The notes under the pieces are model-generated. The model saw nothing but the letters and a program-made list of their open reading frames with translations, did no database searches and was not told the origin of the DNA. The position numbers and the translations under genes were made by a program. A stretch of 64,000 bases of DNA from an uncultured Gammaproteobacteria bacterium (GTDB taxonomy: Bacteria; Patescibacteriota; Microgenomatia; Levybacterales; UBA12049), in assembly GCA_964474445.1 (NCBI GenBank), contig CAYYSJ010000002.1, positions 119,570-183,569 of the forward strand. Reading direction: 5' to 3'. Within the stretch, counting starts at the first letter, position 1. The number at the start of each line of letters is the position of its first letter. Below are positions 8,880 to 19,149 of this stretch, piece after piece.

Positions 8880-11800
8880 TTGACTAAATATATTATGGAT
8901 AATCAAAAAATGAAAAAATTAAAAGACGTAACCATTATTGACTTTAAAGCATTGAAGATTTTACTTGCTTCTAAAGAAGATATTTTAGATAGTTCTTTTG
9001 GAGAAGTTACGAAACCAGAAACAATTAACTATCGAACACTTCGACCTGAAAAAGATGGTCTCTTTGATGAGAGAATTTTTGGACCAACCAAAGACTGGGA
9101 ATGCTATTGTGGAAAATACAAAAGAATCAGATACAAAGGTATTATTTGCGATAAATGTGGTGTTGAAGTGACCCTTTCCAGAGTTAGACGAGAAAGAATG
9201 GGGCATATTATGCTCTCAGCACCTGTAAGTCATGTGTGGTTCTTTAAAGGTGCATCAAGTCCTCTCGCTACATTCTTAGATGTGTCTCAGAAGAGTCTTG
9301 AATCAGTTATCTACTATGCATCTCATTTAGTTGTTGCAGTTGATGAAGAGAAGAAAAAAGAAGCTCTTGAAGTCTTAAATAAGAATATTGAATCTCGAAA
9401 AGAAGCACTTCTTAAGGAAAAAGAAGAAGAAGAGAAAAAGATTGAAGCAGACTCCTCAGAAAAAGCTCAAGATGCAGACAAGATGAAAACAGAACAGAAA
9501 AAGCTTGTTGGTCAAGAGCTTGAGCTTATGAAGAGACAAAAGATTGCACGACTTACCGAGCGATTTAATGAAGAATCAAAGAAAGTTGAAGAAATTGCAA
9601 CAGCTCTCTCAAATCTTCTTAAAAGTCTTAAAGTTTCATCAGTTTTGTCTGAAGACGAATACTTTAAGCTTTTGGAATATGATATCCCAGTATTCTTTAC
9701 GATGAAGACTGGAGCAGAAGCAATCCTTGATCTCATGAAAGATCTGAGCTTGGATGATGTGATTGCAGATTTGAGAAAAGAATTAGAAAAAGCATCAGCT
9801 CAACGATACCTCAAACTTATTAAAAGACTTCGACTTATCGAGAACATGAAAAAATCTAGTATTGATCCTCGAGCGATGATTATGACTGCGTTGCCAGTTA
9901 TTCCACCAGACCTTCGACCTATGGTTCAACTTGCTGGAGGACGATTTGCTACCTCAGACTTGAATGACTTGTACAGAAGAGTAATCAACAGAAACAATCG
10001 TTTAAAGCACTTAATGAGTCTGGGGGCCCCAGAAATTATTCTGAGAAATGAGAAAAGAATGCTTCAAGAATCAGTTGACGCGTTAATTGATGCATCACAA
10101 AGATCTTCACAAGTTGTTGCATCACCGTTGAGATCACTTTCAGACATGCTCCGAGGGAAGCAAGGCCGCTTCCGACAGAACCTTCTTGGAAAGCGTGTTG
10201 ATTACTCTGGACGATCTGTTATCGTTGTAGGACCAGATTTGAAACTCTCTGAATGTGGACTTCCAAAAGAAATGGCTCTTGAAATGTTTAAGCCATTTGT
10301 ATTACGAGAAGTTATTGTCAGAGGTTTTGCTCCAAATATTAAGAGTGCAAAACGATTTATTGAGAAGAGACCACCAGAAGTATTTGATATTCTTGAGGAA
10401 ATCACCCGAAATCACCCTGTGCTTCTTAATCGTGCACCAACTCTTCACAAGCTTGGTATTCAGGCATTCTATCCAAGATTGATTGAAGGTTCTGCAATCG
10501 CACTTCACCCTTGTGTTTGTGCAGGATATAACGCAGACTTTGACGGCGACCAGATGGCTGTTCATATTCCGCTTTCTAAAAAAGCACAACAAGAAGCTAT
10601 TGAGTTGATGATGCCAAGACATAATCTTCTTAAGCCAGCTGATGGATCACCAATTACCCTTCCAAATAAAGAAATGGCTCTTGGTGTGTACTATCTTACT
10701 TCTTTGGATGAAACATTGAGAAAAGAAGACATGCCAGCTTTTTCGGATGCAAATGAAGCACTTCTTGCTTTCACATTAAAGAAAGTGACTCTTCGACAAC
10801 CAATTTTAGTCAGAGTGGATACCGGTACTAAGTTGGAAACAATTGAAACATCTATTGGAAGACTGAAACTTAATGAAAACCTTCTTCCAGGAATGTCTTA
10901 CATGAATGAAGCAGTCAAGGCATCAGGTATTAAAAAGCTTGTTACCAAGGCTCTTCTTACTTATACATCTGATGAAGTTGCAGACTTAATTGACCGAATT
11001 AAAGCACTTGGGTTCTATGGTTCTACCCAATCAGGTATTTCCGTATCTGTTTTTGATAATGAAATGGTTGAAGGAAAAAACAAGATGATTGAAGAAGGAG
11101 AGAAAAAAGTTGCTCAAATTAACGAAGAGTATCAACAGGGTCTTATCACTCTTGAAGAAAAGAAAAGATTACAAAATGATGTCTGGCTTAAGGTAACTGA
11201 TGAAATGGCAGAGAAGACATGGAACAATATGAAAGAAACCAATGTCATCAGAACCATTATTAACTCTGAAGGAGCTCGTGCAGGAAAAGAACAGCTTAAA
11301 CAGCTTTCGGCTATGAGAGGTCTTATTTTGGATCCACTTGGAAAGATTGTTGAACTTCCTATTAAATCTAACTTCCGAGAAGGTCTTTCAATCTTTGAAT
11401 ACGTTGCTTCAGCAAGAGGATCCCGAAAAGGTCTTACTGATTCAGCTCTCAAGACTGCAAACGCAGGATACTTAACCAGAAGACTTGTTGATGTATCTCA
11501 TGATGTCATCATTCGAGAAGAAGATTGTGGATCTGTAGAAGGTGTTACCATTCTTGCACACGATGGTGAACGAACAGCAACCTTGGCTGATAGAATTACC
11601 GGGCGATATGCAGCAGAGAAAGTAACTGCAGATAGAAAGACTTTGGTGAATGAAAACGAGCTTATTACTCCAGAAATTGCAAAAGTAATTTTAGATGCAG
11701 GAGTTGAGGAAGTCATTGTCAGATCACCTCTTACCTGCAAACTTTCATCCGGTCTCTGTAAGATGTGTTATGGTTGGGACTTTTCAACAAAACAAGTTGT

Positions 11801-12692
11801 CAACACTGGTGTACCAGTTGGTGTTATGGCTGCACAATCTATTGGAGAACCAGGAACCCAGCTTACCATGCGGGTCAGACACTTTGGTGGAGTTGTGATG
11901 AGTGACGTGACTCAGGGTCTCCCAAGAGTTGAAGAACTCTTTGAAATGAGAACACCAAAGAACCTTTCACCAGTTGCAGAAATTACCGGTAAAGTTGATG
12001 TTGAAACCACTGATGAAGGGTACAAAATTGTTATCAAGAACACTGCAATGAAACCAGTTGAAGTACAGGAGTACTTTGTTCCACTCGCTTCAGAATTAGC
12101 AGTGAAAGACGGGCAGACTATTGCAGCAGGAACACCTCTTGCGAGCGGATACTTAGATCCAAAAGAAATTATTAAAGTAAAAGGTATTCGATCAGGACAA
12201 CAATACATTTTATCTGAAGCGCAAAGAGTGTACGAATCACAGGGTATTGCAATCAATGATAAGCACTTTGAAATTATCATTCGAAAGATGTCAGACAAAG
12301 TCGTTGTTGAAACCGTTGGTGACACGCCACTTATTCCAGGAGACTTTATTACCCAAAGTAGATTTGAAGAAGTCAATGCTGAGACCCTTTCACAAGGTGG
12401 AGAACCAGCAACAGCACGACAAGTAATCTTAGGTGTTACCAAAGCTGCACTTTTCTCAGATTCATGGCTTTCAGCAGCATCGTTCCAGGAGACAACAAAA
12501 GTTCTTACCGATGCAGCACTTGAGGGTCGAGAAGACAAGTTGTTGGGTCTTAAAGAAAACGTTATCATTGGACGTCTTATCCCTGTTGAAGGACTTACCT
12601 TTGAAGAAGAAACTCCTGAATCAACAGCGGCTGGTGCCACAGAAGGAGAAGAAGCTGCACAACTTGAAGAAAGAACCGTTGTTGAGGTATAA
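8880..12692 (+). CDS. rpoC: DNA-directed RNA polymerase subunit beta'
   Basis: The zinc-finger N-terminus (CYCGKYKRIRYKGIICDKCGVEV) and the catalytic NADFDGDQMAVH motif are present. The likely TTG start at 8880 has an AGGAG 8 nt upstream. Confidence 0.95.
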   Translation: MTKYIMDNQKMKKLKDVTIIDFKALKILLASKEDILDSSFGEVTKPETINYRTLRPEKDGLFDERIFGPTKDWECYCGKYKRIRYKGIICDKCGVEVTLSRVRRERMGHIMLSAPVSHVWFFKGASSPLATFLDVSQKSLESVIYYASHLVVAVDEEKKKEALEVLNKNIESRKEALLKEKEEEEKKIEADSSEKAQDADKMKTEQKKLVGQELELMKRQKIARLTERFNEESKKVEEIATALSNLLKSLKVSSVLSEDEYFKLLEYDIPVFFTMKTGAEAILDLMKDLSLDDVIADLRKELEKASAQRYLKLIKRLRLIENMKKSSIDPRAMIMTALPVIPPDLRPMVQLAGGRFATSDLNDLYRRVINRNNRLKHLMSLGAPEIILRNEKRMLQESVDALIDASQRSSQVVASPLRSLSDMLRGKQGRFRQNLLGKRVDYSGRSVIVVGPDLKLSECGLPKEMALEMFKPFVLREVIVRGFAPNIKSAKRFIEKRPPEVFDILEEITRNHPVLLNRAPTLHKLGIQAFYPRLIEGSAIALHPCVCAGYNADFDGDQMAVHIPLSKKAQQEAIELMMPRHNLLKPADGSPITLPNKEMALGVYYLTSLDETLRKEDMPAFSDANEALLAFTLKKVTLRQPILVRVDTGTKLETIETSIGRLKLNENLLPGMSYMNEAVKASGIKKLVTKALLTYTSDEVADLIDRIKALGFYGSTQSGISVSVFDNEMVEGKNKMIEEGEKKVAQINEEYQQGLITLEEKKRLQNDVWLKVTDEMAEKTWNNMKETNVIRTIINSEGARAGKEQLKQLSAMRGLILDPLGKIVELPIKSNFREGLSIFEYVASARGSRKGLTDSALKTANAGYLTRRLVDVSHDVIIREEDCGSVEGVTILAHDGERTATLADRITGRYAAEKVTADRKTLVNENELITPEIAKVILDAGVEEVIVRSPLTCKLSSGLCKMCYGWDFSTKQVVNTGVPVGVMAAQSIGEPGTQLTMRVRHFGGVVMSDVTQGLPRVEELFEMRTPKNLSPVAEITGKVDVETTDEGYKIVIKNTAMKPVEVQEYFVPLASELAVKDGQTIAAGTPLASGYLDPKEIIKVKGIRSGQQYILSEAQRVYESQGIAINDKHFEIIIRKMSDKVVVETVGDTPLIPGDFITQSRFEEVNAETLSQGGEPATARQVILGVTKAALFSDSWLSAASFQETTKVLTDAALEGREDKLLGLKENVIIGRLIPVEGLTFEEETPESTAAGATEGEEAAQLEERTVVEV

Positions 12693-12747
12693 TACACAGA
12701 AGCGAAAAGCGAACAATAATTTTTCGTTTTATTTTTAGTTTAAAACT

Positions 12748-13179
12748 ATGCCAACATTATCACAATTAGTAAAAAGAGGAAGAGCAAAGAAAACAAAGAA
12801 GGTTAAAGCAACCGGTCTGAGACGTTTATATAATGCAAAAGATCGAGAATACAAAGAATCAGCTTCTCCACAGAAACGAGGGGTTGTTACGTTGGTAAAA
12901 ACAATGACTCCTAAAAAACCTAATTCAGCACTTCGAAAAGTTGCAAGAGTCAAACTCTCAAATAGAACTGAAGTTACTGCATATATTCAAGGAGTCGGAC
13001 ATAGTTTAGCAGAACACGGTATTGTTTTAGTCAGAGGTGGTCGTGTAAAAGATTTACCAGGAGTGAAATATCATATTGTACGAGGTAAGTTTGATTTACA
13101 AGGTGTACAAGGCAGAATGACCAGTCGTTCTAAATATGGTGCAAAGAAGCCACAAGCGAAAGGAGCAGCTACAAAATAA
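12748..13179 (+). CDS. rpsL: 30S ribosomal protein S12
   Basis: [12 protein letters not shown]... is a conserved S12 sequence. Confidence 0.95.
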   Translation: MPTLSQLVKRGRAKKTKKVKATGLRRLYNAKDREYKESASPQKRGVVTLVKTMTPKKPNSALRKVARVKLSNRTEVTAYIQGVGHSLAEHGIVLVRGGRVKDLPGVKYHIVRGKFDLQGVQGRMTSRSKYGAKKPQAKGAATK

Positions 13180-13182
13180 CCT

Positions 13183-13656
13183 ATGAGACATGCTAAAGTA
13201 GCAAAAAGAGTAACAGAGGCAGATCAACTCTATAACAGTATTTTGGTTGCCAAATTTATTAATAACCTTATGAAAGATGGCAAAAAGACTGTTGCCCAAA
13301 AAGTTGTTTATAGTGCATTTGATCTTTTAAAAGCAAAAGGGCAAGACCCACTTGATACTTTCCAAAAAGTTTTGGATACTGTTTCTCCAAAAGTAGAAAT
13401 TAAAGCTCGAAGAATTGGAGGAGCAAATTATCAAGTTCCTGTTGAAGTAAAAGGTGATAGAAAGAATGCAGTTGCTATTCGATGGATCTTAGAAGCAGCC
13501 GCAGGTAGACCAAATAAAGAATATCACACTTTTGCAGAAAAATTAGTTGCAGAATTCACAGATATCCTTGAAGGAAAAGGTGAAGCAATTAAAAAGAGAG
13601 ATAATACACACAGACAAGCAGAAGCGAACAAAGCTTTTGCACACTTTAGGTGGTAA
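13183..13656 (+). CDS. rpsG: 30S ribosomal protein S7
   Basis: Conserved S7 sequence, directly after rpsL. Confidence 0.95.
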   Translation: MRHAKVAKRVTEADQLYNSILVAKFINNLMKDGKKTVAQKVVYSAFDLLKAKGQDPLDTFQKVLDTVSPKVEIKARRIGGANYQVPVEVKGDRKNAVAIRWILEAAAGRPNKEYHTFAEKLVAEFTDILEGKGEAIKKRDNTHRQAEANKAFAHFRW

Positions 13657-13955
13657 TTCCTACTTCTTTTTGTTCTCCTTGATATATCTTTTCGATACCA
13701 TTCCTTCAACTAGATTCAGACCACATGTATAATACACTTGATAGAGTCTTGCGGTGGAATGCTGAAGATCAATCATTAGTAACAGAAGGACTAAAACCTG
13801 GTCAGCGGAGACGTAATGATGGGAACGGTACATATATTTAGAGAAGCAACTAATCCGCCAAGCATAATATGGGAATTACGAAATCCTCAAGGAAAGCTTA
13901 TGGTTCGAAAAAGATTTGCAAGGAATATTCAATAAACTCTGTTTTGAGCCATAAT

Positions 13956-13976
13956 TCCCCGAGAGGGGATTTTTTT
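13956..13976 (+). terminator. Intrinsic terminator (TCCCC-GAGA-GGGGA + TTTTTTT) ending the rpoBC-rpsLG unit about 300 nt after rpsG
   Basis: GC hairpin followed by a 7-T run. Confidence 0.6.
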
Positions 13977-14001
13977 ATGGCAAATTTTACTTCTTGTTGT
14001 T

Positions 14002-14011
14002 TTGCTATAAT
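14002..14011 (+). promoter_or_regulatory. Extended -10 TTGCTATAAT, 7 nt upstream of the CNNM gene ATG (leaderless)
   Basis: TTTTGCTATAATTTAATAT then ATG at 14019. Confidence 0.45.
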
Positions 14012-14018
14012 TTAATAT

Positions 14019-15068
14019 ATGGATCTGTTCTTTCAAGTTCTGTTAATAGTATGTTTTATCTTTCTCAATGGATTTTTTGTATTATCGGAATTTTCTTTAG
14101 TAAGTGTCAGACGTACGCGTATTGAAGAGTTAGCAAGAAGCGGGCATAGAGGTGCAAAACTTGTATTATCTGCTCTCAACGATCTCTCTACCTATATCTC
14201 TGCAACGCAATTTGGTATTACGCTAGTCTCATTGGCACTAGGTTGGTTGGGGGAACCTGCACTAGCACATGTATTTGCGATTATTCTGGAACCTCATATG
14301 CCCTTACGGATGCTCTTTATTTCTTCTCATGCTATTGCTATCGCTACGGCCTTTATTGTGATTACCTTTCTGCAAATTATTTTTGGAGAATTAGCTCCAA
14401 AGACGACAGCATTGCAAAAGTCGGAAAAACTAGTATTTCTTATTATTACACCTCTTATGGCTTTTACCACTCTTTTTAAACCGTTCATTTGGTTCCTGAG
14501 TGCCAGCTCGGGGTTTCTCCTCAGTATTTCTGGTATTGCAGAGGATAGTAAGAGGACAGTACATACAGAAGAGGAAATTAAGCTCATTCTTTCGCAAAGC
14601 GCAAAATCAGGGGAAATAGATCAACAAGAAGTGGATATTATTTATCGAGTATTTAAAATTGGTGATCTACCTATTTCAACAATAATGGTACCTAAAAAAG
14701 ATGTCATTGCTTTTGGTATTCATACTGGTATTCAGGAAATTGCAAAAGATATTACAGAAGAAAATCTCCATACGCGATTTCCTATTTATGAAAGAAATTT
14801 AGAAAATGTAAAAGGGTATGTGTCGGTTACTGATATGTATGTATTTGCAAAAACGCTTCATCAGGATAAAAAAGTGGGAGAGACAGACCTGATTCGAAAA
14901 ATCATGTCAATAAATGAAAACAAACGCATAGATAATGTTTTATCTCTTATGAAAAAAACAGGAGTTCATTTAGCCATTATTACCAATGCAAGTGGTAAAA
15001 TGGTAGGACTCGTTAGTATTGAGGATATTATTGAAAGTCTCGTCGGTGAGTTAGAAGAACAGGAATGA
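14019..15068 (+). CDS. CNNM/CorC/HlyC-family membrane protein (DUF21 TM domain + CBS pair + CorC-HlyC C-terminal)
   Basis: N-terminal 4-TM DUF21-like region, CBS-like repeats and a C-terminal transporter-associated domain (VSIEDIIESLVGELEE). Confidence 0.8.
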   Translation: MDLFFQVLLIVCFIFLNGFFVLSEFSLVSVRRTRIEELARSGHRGAKLVLSALNDLSTYISATQFGITLVSLALGWLGEPALAHVFAIILEPHMPLRMLFISSHAIAIATAFIVITFLQIIFGELAPKTTALQKSEKLVFLIITPLMAFTTLFKPFIWFLSASSGFLLSISGIAEDSKRTVHTEEEIKLILSQSAKSGEIDQQEVDIIYRVFKIGDLPISTIMVPKKDVIAFGIHTGIQEIAKDITEENLHTRFPIYERNLENVKGYVSVTDMYVFAKTLHQDKKVGETDLIRKIMSINENKRIDNVLSLMKKTGVHLAIITNASGKMVGLVSIEDIIESLVGELEEQE

Positions 15069-15094
15069 TAGCCAGAAAATTCAGAATATGGTGA

Positions 15095-15823
15095 CTATTG
15101 AACATCAATTTTTGTCATTTTATCTCCTATAGCAATCTTTTTGACAACATCCATTCCTGAGGTTACTTTTCCAAAAATGGTATAGTTTTTTGGAAGCGAA
15201 GTATTATCTGCAAGCATAATGAAAAATTGTGATCCATTGGTATTTGGTCCTCTATTAGCCATAGCAACAACTCCCTGTAAGTATCCCGCCTTATATGAAG
15301 GGGCACTAGGATTGAGTTCGTCCTCAAAGATATCCCCATAAATTGATCTCCCTCCTGTTCCATCACCATTTGGATCTCCTCCTTGAATAACAAATCCTGG
15401 TTCAACTCGATGGAAAGTGAGGCTATCATAGTAGCCTTTTTTAGCAAGAGTTGCAAAATTGGTAACTGTTTTTGGAGCATCTTGGTTATATAACTGAATG
15501 GTAATATCTCCTTTTGGTGTGTGAATTGCTGCTGAAGTGGCTGTTGTTACCCATTCTGACTGAGGATATAAAAGATTTACTTTTGCTTGAGCTTGTTGCT
15601 GTTGTTGAGCAACTTGTTGTGCTTGAGCGTTTTGTTTATTTTGATTGTTGCTAAAAAAATCAAGAGCAGGTGTTGGGGTTACTGTGGGGGTAATACCCAA
15701 ATTCAATGCATTAATATCAGAATTTGCACTCGTTGGAGATTGAGAAAGTGTTTTAGAGAGAAGAAGAATACCTGAAATAACACCAACCGCAATAACAATA
15801 ACAAAGAATAAGAATTTTTCCAT
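15095..15823 (-). CDS. Cyclophilin-type peptidyl-prolyl cis-trans isomerase with N-terminal TM anchor and a Q-rich linker
   Basis: FHRVEPGFVIQGGDPNGDGTGGRSIYG...FEDE cyclophilin core, plus a signal/TM segment at the N-terminus. Confidence 0.85.
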   Translation of the reverse strand: MEKFLFFVIVIAVGVISGILLLSKTLSQSPTSANSDINALNLGITPTVTPTPALDFFSNNQNKQNAQAQQVAQQQQQAQAKVNLLYPQSEWVTTATSAAIHTPKGDITIQLYNQDAPKTVTNFATLAKKGYYDSLTFHRVEPGFVIQGGDPNGDGTGGRSIYGDIFEDELNPSAPSYKAGYLQGVVAMANRGPNTNGSQFFIMLADNTSLPKNYTIFGKVTSGMDVVKKIAIGDKMTKIDVQ

Positions 15824-15999
15824 ACTGCTCTAGTAGAGATTTTAGCTTCAAATATTCTTGTTTGCAATGAGCATTTTTTTGGGAAATAGATCTTTTCTCT
15901 TAGTAGAAAGTATGGTACAATAATATTAAGTCAAAATTCAAAGGTCAAAAGCACAAAATTGTTTTTTGAATTTTGATTTTTTATTTTACATTAAACACT

Positions 16000-18108
16000 A
16001 TGGCTGATACAGCAGTACGACACGCAGAATTAGACAAAATTAGAAATATTGGTATTATTGCGCACATTGACGCAGGAAAAACAACCACAACCGAACGTAT
16101 CCTTTACTACACTGGTAAATCCTACAAAATCGGTGATATTGACGAAGGAAATACGCAAATGGACTGGATGGAACAGGAAAGAGAAAGAGGTATTACCATT
16201 GTATCTGCTGCTACTACTACGTTTTGGAAGGATTACAGAATTAACATTATTGATACTCCAGGTCATGTCGATTTTACCGCTGAGGTAGAGCGATCTTTGA
16301 GAGTTCTTGATGGAGGTATTACTGTGTTGGATGCTGAAGAAGGTGTGCAATCACAGTCTGAGACAGTTTGGAGACAAGCAGATAAATACAGAGTTCCAAG
16401 AATTTGTTTTGTTAACAAAATGGATAAGCTTGGTGCAGACTTTTTACATACAGTCCAAACCATTGAAGACAGACTTGGTGCAAATCCAGCAATTATGGTG
16501 TTACCAATTGGAGCTGAAAATACCTATGAAGGAAATGTTGATTTACTTACAAGAAAAGCAATCCGATGGGGATCTGACGAATTAGGTGCAAAATTTGATG
16601 TTACTGACAATATTCCAGAGGATATGAAGGCACAAGTTGAGGAATATAGACAAAAATTAGTTGAGAAAATTGCAGAAACAAATGATGTACTTTTAGAAAA
16701 ATACTTAGGTGGAGAAGAAATGAGTATTGAGGAATTAAAGAAGGCTCTCCGAGCAGCTGTTATTTCGTACAAATTAGTCCCTATTTATGCAGGAACATCT
16801 TTGAGGAATAAGGGAGTACAGCCACTTCTTGATGCAGTTATTGACTATCTTCCATCTCCAGTTGATTTGGGAGAGGTTAAGGGTATAAATTCAAAGACAG
16901 AACAAGAAGAAGTCAGAAAATTAGTTCCTGAAGAAAAACTCACTGGACTTGCCTTCAAAATTCAAATCGACCCACATGTTGGAAAAATTACCTACTTTAG
17001 AGTCTACTCTGGAAAAGTTGAAGCCGGATCATACATTTACAATGCAACCAAAGGTATCACAGAGCGTGTTGGCAGAATTCTTTTGATGCATGCAAACCAA
17101 AGAGAAGAAATTAAAGAAGCATATGCAGGAGAAATTGTTGCATTAGTCGGACTTAAGGACACTATTACTGGAGATACTCTCTGCGATGAAAAAGCCCCAA
17201 TAGTACTCGAGCAAATTACCTTCCCAGAACCAGTTATCTCTTTGGCAATTGAACCACAAAGTAAAGCAGATCAGGAAAAGCTTGGACTTGCTCTGAAGAG
17301 ACTTACAGAAGAAGATCCAACATTCCAAGTGAAGACCAATCACGAGACCAATCAGACCATTATTTCAGGGATTGGAGAGTTACAGCTTGAAATTATGGTT
17401 GATAGAATGAAAAGAGAATTTGGAGTTTCAGCAAATGTTGGAGCACCTCAGGTTGCATATAAAGAAACAATTGGCATATTGGCAGAAGGCGAAGGGAAAT
17501 ACATTCGGCAGTCTGGAGGACGAGGTCAATATGGTCACTGCTGGCTTCGAATTGAGCCAAAGCCGCGAGGAGAAGGCTTTGAATTTGTTAATGCTATTAA
17601 GGGAGGAGCAATCCCGGCAGAATTTGTTATCTCCATTCAAAAAGGTGTTAAGGAAACAATTGAAAATGGCGTACTTTTGGGATACCCAATTGTTGATGTA
17701 AAAGTAACCGTTTATGATGGATCATACCATGATGTTGACTCATCTGATATGGCATTTAAAATTGCTGCATCTATGGCTTTCCAGGCAGCTTCAAAGAAAG
17801 CAAATATGCAACTTCTTGAGCCAATAATGAAGGTTGAAGTGACAACTCCTTCAGAATTCATGGGAGATATTATTGGGGATCTTTCTTCAAAGAGAGCTCA
17901 AATCATGGGGACAGAAGAAAGATCACGAGCAACTATTGTGAAAGCCATGGTTCCACTTGCAGAGCTTTCTGGATATGCAACTCAACTTCGAAGTATGTCA
18001 CAAGGCCGAGCATCTTACTATATGGAACCATCCCACTATGAAGAAGTTCCACAAAATATTGTGCAACAGCTTCTTGCTAAATCCACTTTCACAGGACGAG
18101 TAGAGTAA
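16000..18108 (+). CDS. fusA: Elongation factor G
   Basis: [20 protein letters not shown]-domain and full EF-G domain order. The ORF-track start at 15973 is over-extended. MADTAV at 16000 is the likely start. Confidence 0.95.
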   Translation: MADTAVRHAELDKIRNIGIIAHIDAGKTTTTERILYYTGKSYKIGDIDEGNTQMDWMEQERERGITIVSAATTTFWKDYRINIIDTPGHVDFTAEVERSLRVLDGGITVLDAEEGVQSQSETVWRQADKYRVPRICFVNKMDKLGADFLHTVQTIEDRLGANPAIMVLPIGAENTYEGNVDLLTRKAIRWGSDELGAKFDVTDNIPEDMKAQVEEYRQKLVEKIAETNDVLLEKYLGGEEMSIEELKKALRAAVISYKLVPIYAGTSLRNKGVQPLLDAVIDYLPSPVDLGEVKGINSKTEQEEVRKLVPEEKLTGLAFKIQIDPHVGKITYFRVYSGKVEAGSYIYNATKGITERVGRILLMHANQREEIKEAYAGEIVALVGLKDTITGDTLCDEKAPIVLEQITFPEPVISLAIEPQSKADQEKLGLALKRLTEEDPTFQVKTNHETNQTIISGIGELQLEIMVDRMKREFGVSANVGAPQVAYKETIGILAEGEGKYIRQSGGRGQYGHCWLRIEPKPRGEGFEFVNAIKGGAIPAEFVISIQKGVKETIENGVLLGYPIVDVKVTVYDGSYHDVDSSDMAFKIAASMAFQAASKKANMQLLEPIMKVEVTTPSEFMGDIIGDLSSKRAQIMGTEERSRATIVKAMVPLAELSGYATQLRSMSQGRASYYMEPSHYEEVPQNIVQQLLAKSTFTGRVE

Positions 18109-18129
18109 CCGTAGTCTTTTGTATAATTT

Positions 18130-18990
18130 TTGTCAAATAACCAAGTACGTCTTTGTGTATTCATAGATTACACCTTCCTTGCCCTTTTGCTACAAATACC
18201 ATATAATCGCTCGATGAGAAATGTCGAGGCATGTTCTGAGCTCCGAAAACCTATTTGGGAGCAAAGAAGGGTTGTTGATAAAAAAGCATGGCAAACGGAA
18301 GGAAGCCAATTAGCCCTTTTCAACATGCTAGTTGGTGACTTTATTGCTTCTGGATGTTCTATTGGTGCTATTAATGACCTTATCCCATTAGGAGACTTTG
18401 TAGATAGAGCATTTTTACAAGCAAACTTACCTCTTCGGCAGGAAGAAAAATTAGTTGATCCAGTTGTGCATTCTTACCGTGTCGCCTTGCGTTTTGTTAA
18501 GGGGACACAACTTGATCCGAAAGTATTGCCAACCTATGCTGCGATAGCACTTCTCCATGATGTTGTGGAGGATACCCATACAGACCCTGAAGTTATAAAA
18601 AAAATATTTGGAGAGGAAATTGCACAAGGAGTTGTATTGCTCAGCAAGAAAGTAAATGGGGTAAAAATTTCAATAGAAAGGTACTATGAAGAGCTCCGTA
18701 ATGCAGACCCTGAAATTCGGTGGATTAAAGCTGCAGATAGAATCGAGAATTTATCTGTCTTTTTACGAATGAGTTATGTGCCAGAGCTCATAGATCCTAA
18801 TCAATTTAAACTTCCCAGTGGAAACAGCATCTTACAGGCCATGGCAGAAAACTTAATGGAGTCTCAACAACATGTTATGGAACTGGCAAAAGGTAATCCA
18901 TATTTGCAAAAAGAGCTTCAAGAAGTAATGCAACAAATAAAAGAAAGACTTATACAGCTTAAAGCTCAAAAAAAAGTATTTGATGCGTAG
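18130..18990 (+). CDS. HD-domain protein of the RelA/SpoT hydrolase type (small alarmone hydrolase-like); true start probably internal
   Basis: Metal-binding His (VVHSYRVA), ALLHDVVEDT and KAADRIENL motifs match the (p)ppGpp hydrolase HD domain. There is no synthetase domain. Confidence 0.55.
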   Translation: MSNNQVRLCVFIDYTFLALLLQIPYNRSMRNVEACSELRKPIWEQRRVVDKKAWQTEGSQLALFNMLVGDFIASGCSIGAINDLIPLGDFVDRAFLQANLPLRQEEKLVDPVVHSYRVALRFVKGTQLDPKVLPTYAAIALLHDVVEDTHTDPEVIKKIFGEEIAQGVVLLSKKVNGVKISIERYYEELRNADPEIRWIKAADRIENLSVFLRMSYVPELIDPNQFKLPSGNSILQAMAENLMESQQHVMELAKGNPYLQKELQEVMQQIKERLIQLKAQKKVFDA

Positions 18991-19119
18991 AAGATACATA
19001 TAGATTTTATATTTCTTATTAGATATAGTGTATTCAAATGGCAAATAAAAGACTTATTAGTATTATTATTCTTAACCGTTAACGCGGCGGGATAATAGTA
19101 CTTTGATAACTAATAACAT

Positions 19120-19143
19120 CCCGTCATGAAGACGGGTTTTTTT
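19120..19143 (+). terminator. Intrinsic terminator CCCGTC-ATGAA-GACGGG + TTTTTTT
   Basis: Perfect 6-bp GC stem plus a T-run. It overlaps the over-extended ORF-track start at 19126. Confidence 0.65.
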
Positions 19144-19149
19144 GTGGTT

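Noticed and set aside
9330-9900. Apparent lineage-specific insertion in beta' between the SHxWFFK region and the VIPPDLRP motif
   Set aside because: The E. coli and B. subtilis beta' proteins have a comparably long segment in the same place, and the overall length (1270 aa) lies between theirs, so it is not a real insertion.
11912-12697. 261-aa Ser/Thr-rich ORF antisense to the 3' end of rpoC, plus many 60-140 aa ORFs antisense to or out of frame within rpoB, rpoC, fusA, tuf, the ACL genes and the r-protein genes
   Set aside because: They lie entirely inside highly conserved, clearly coding genes on the opposite strand or in other frames. They are low-complexity and have no start signals, so they are shadow ORFs.
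13740-13976. Riboswitch (M-box-like) controlling the downstream CorC/CNNM transporter, or an SRP/RNase P RNA
   Set aside because: The CNNM gene has its own -10 (14002-14011) downstream of the terminator. The region therefore belongs to the upstream transcript. By eye it has no match to the M-box, SRP domain IV (GGAA...AGCAGC) or RNase P conserved blocks (ACAGAAxCCGGCUUA). It is kept only as a generic ncRNA/small-ORF candidate.
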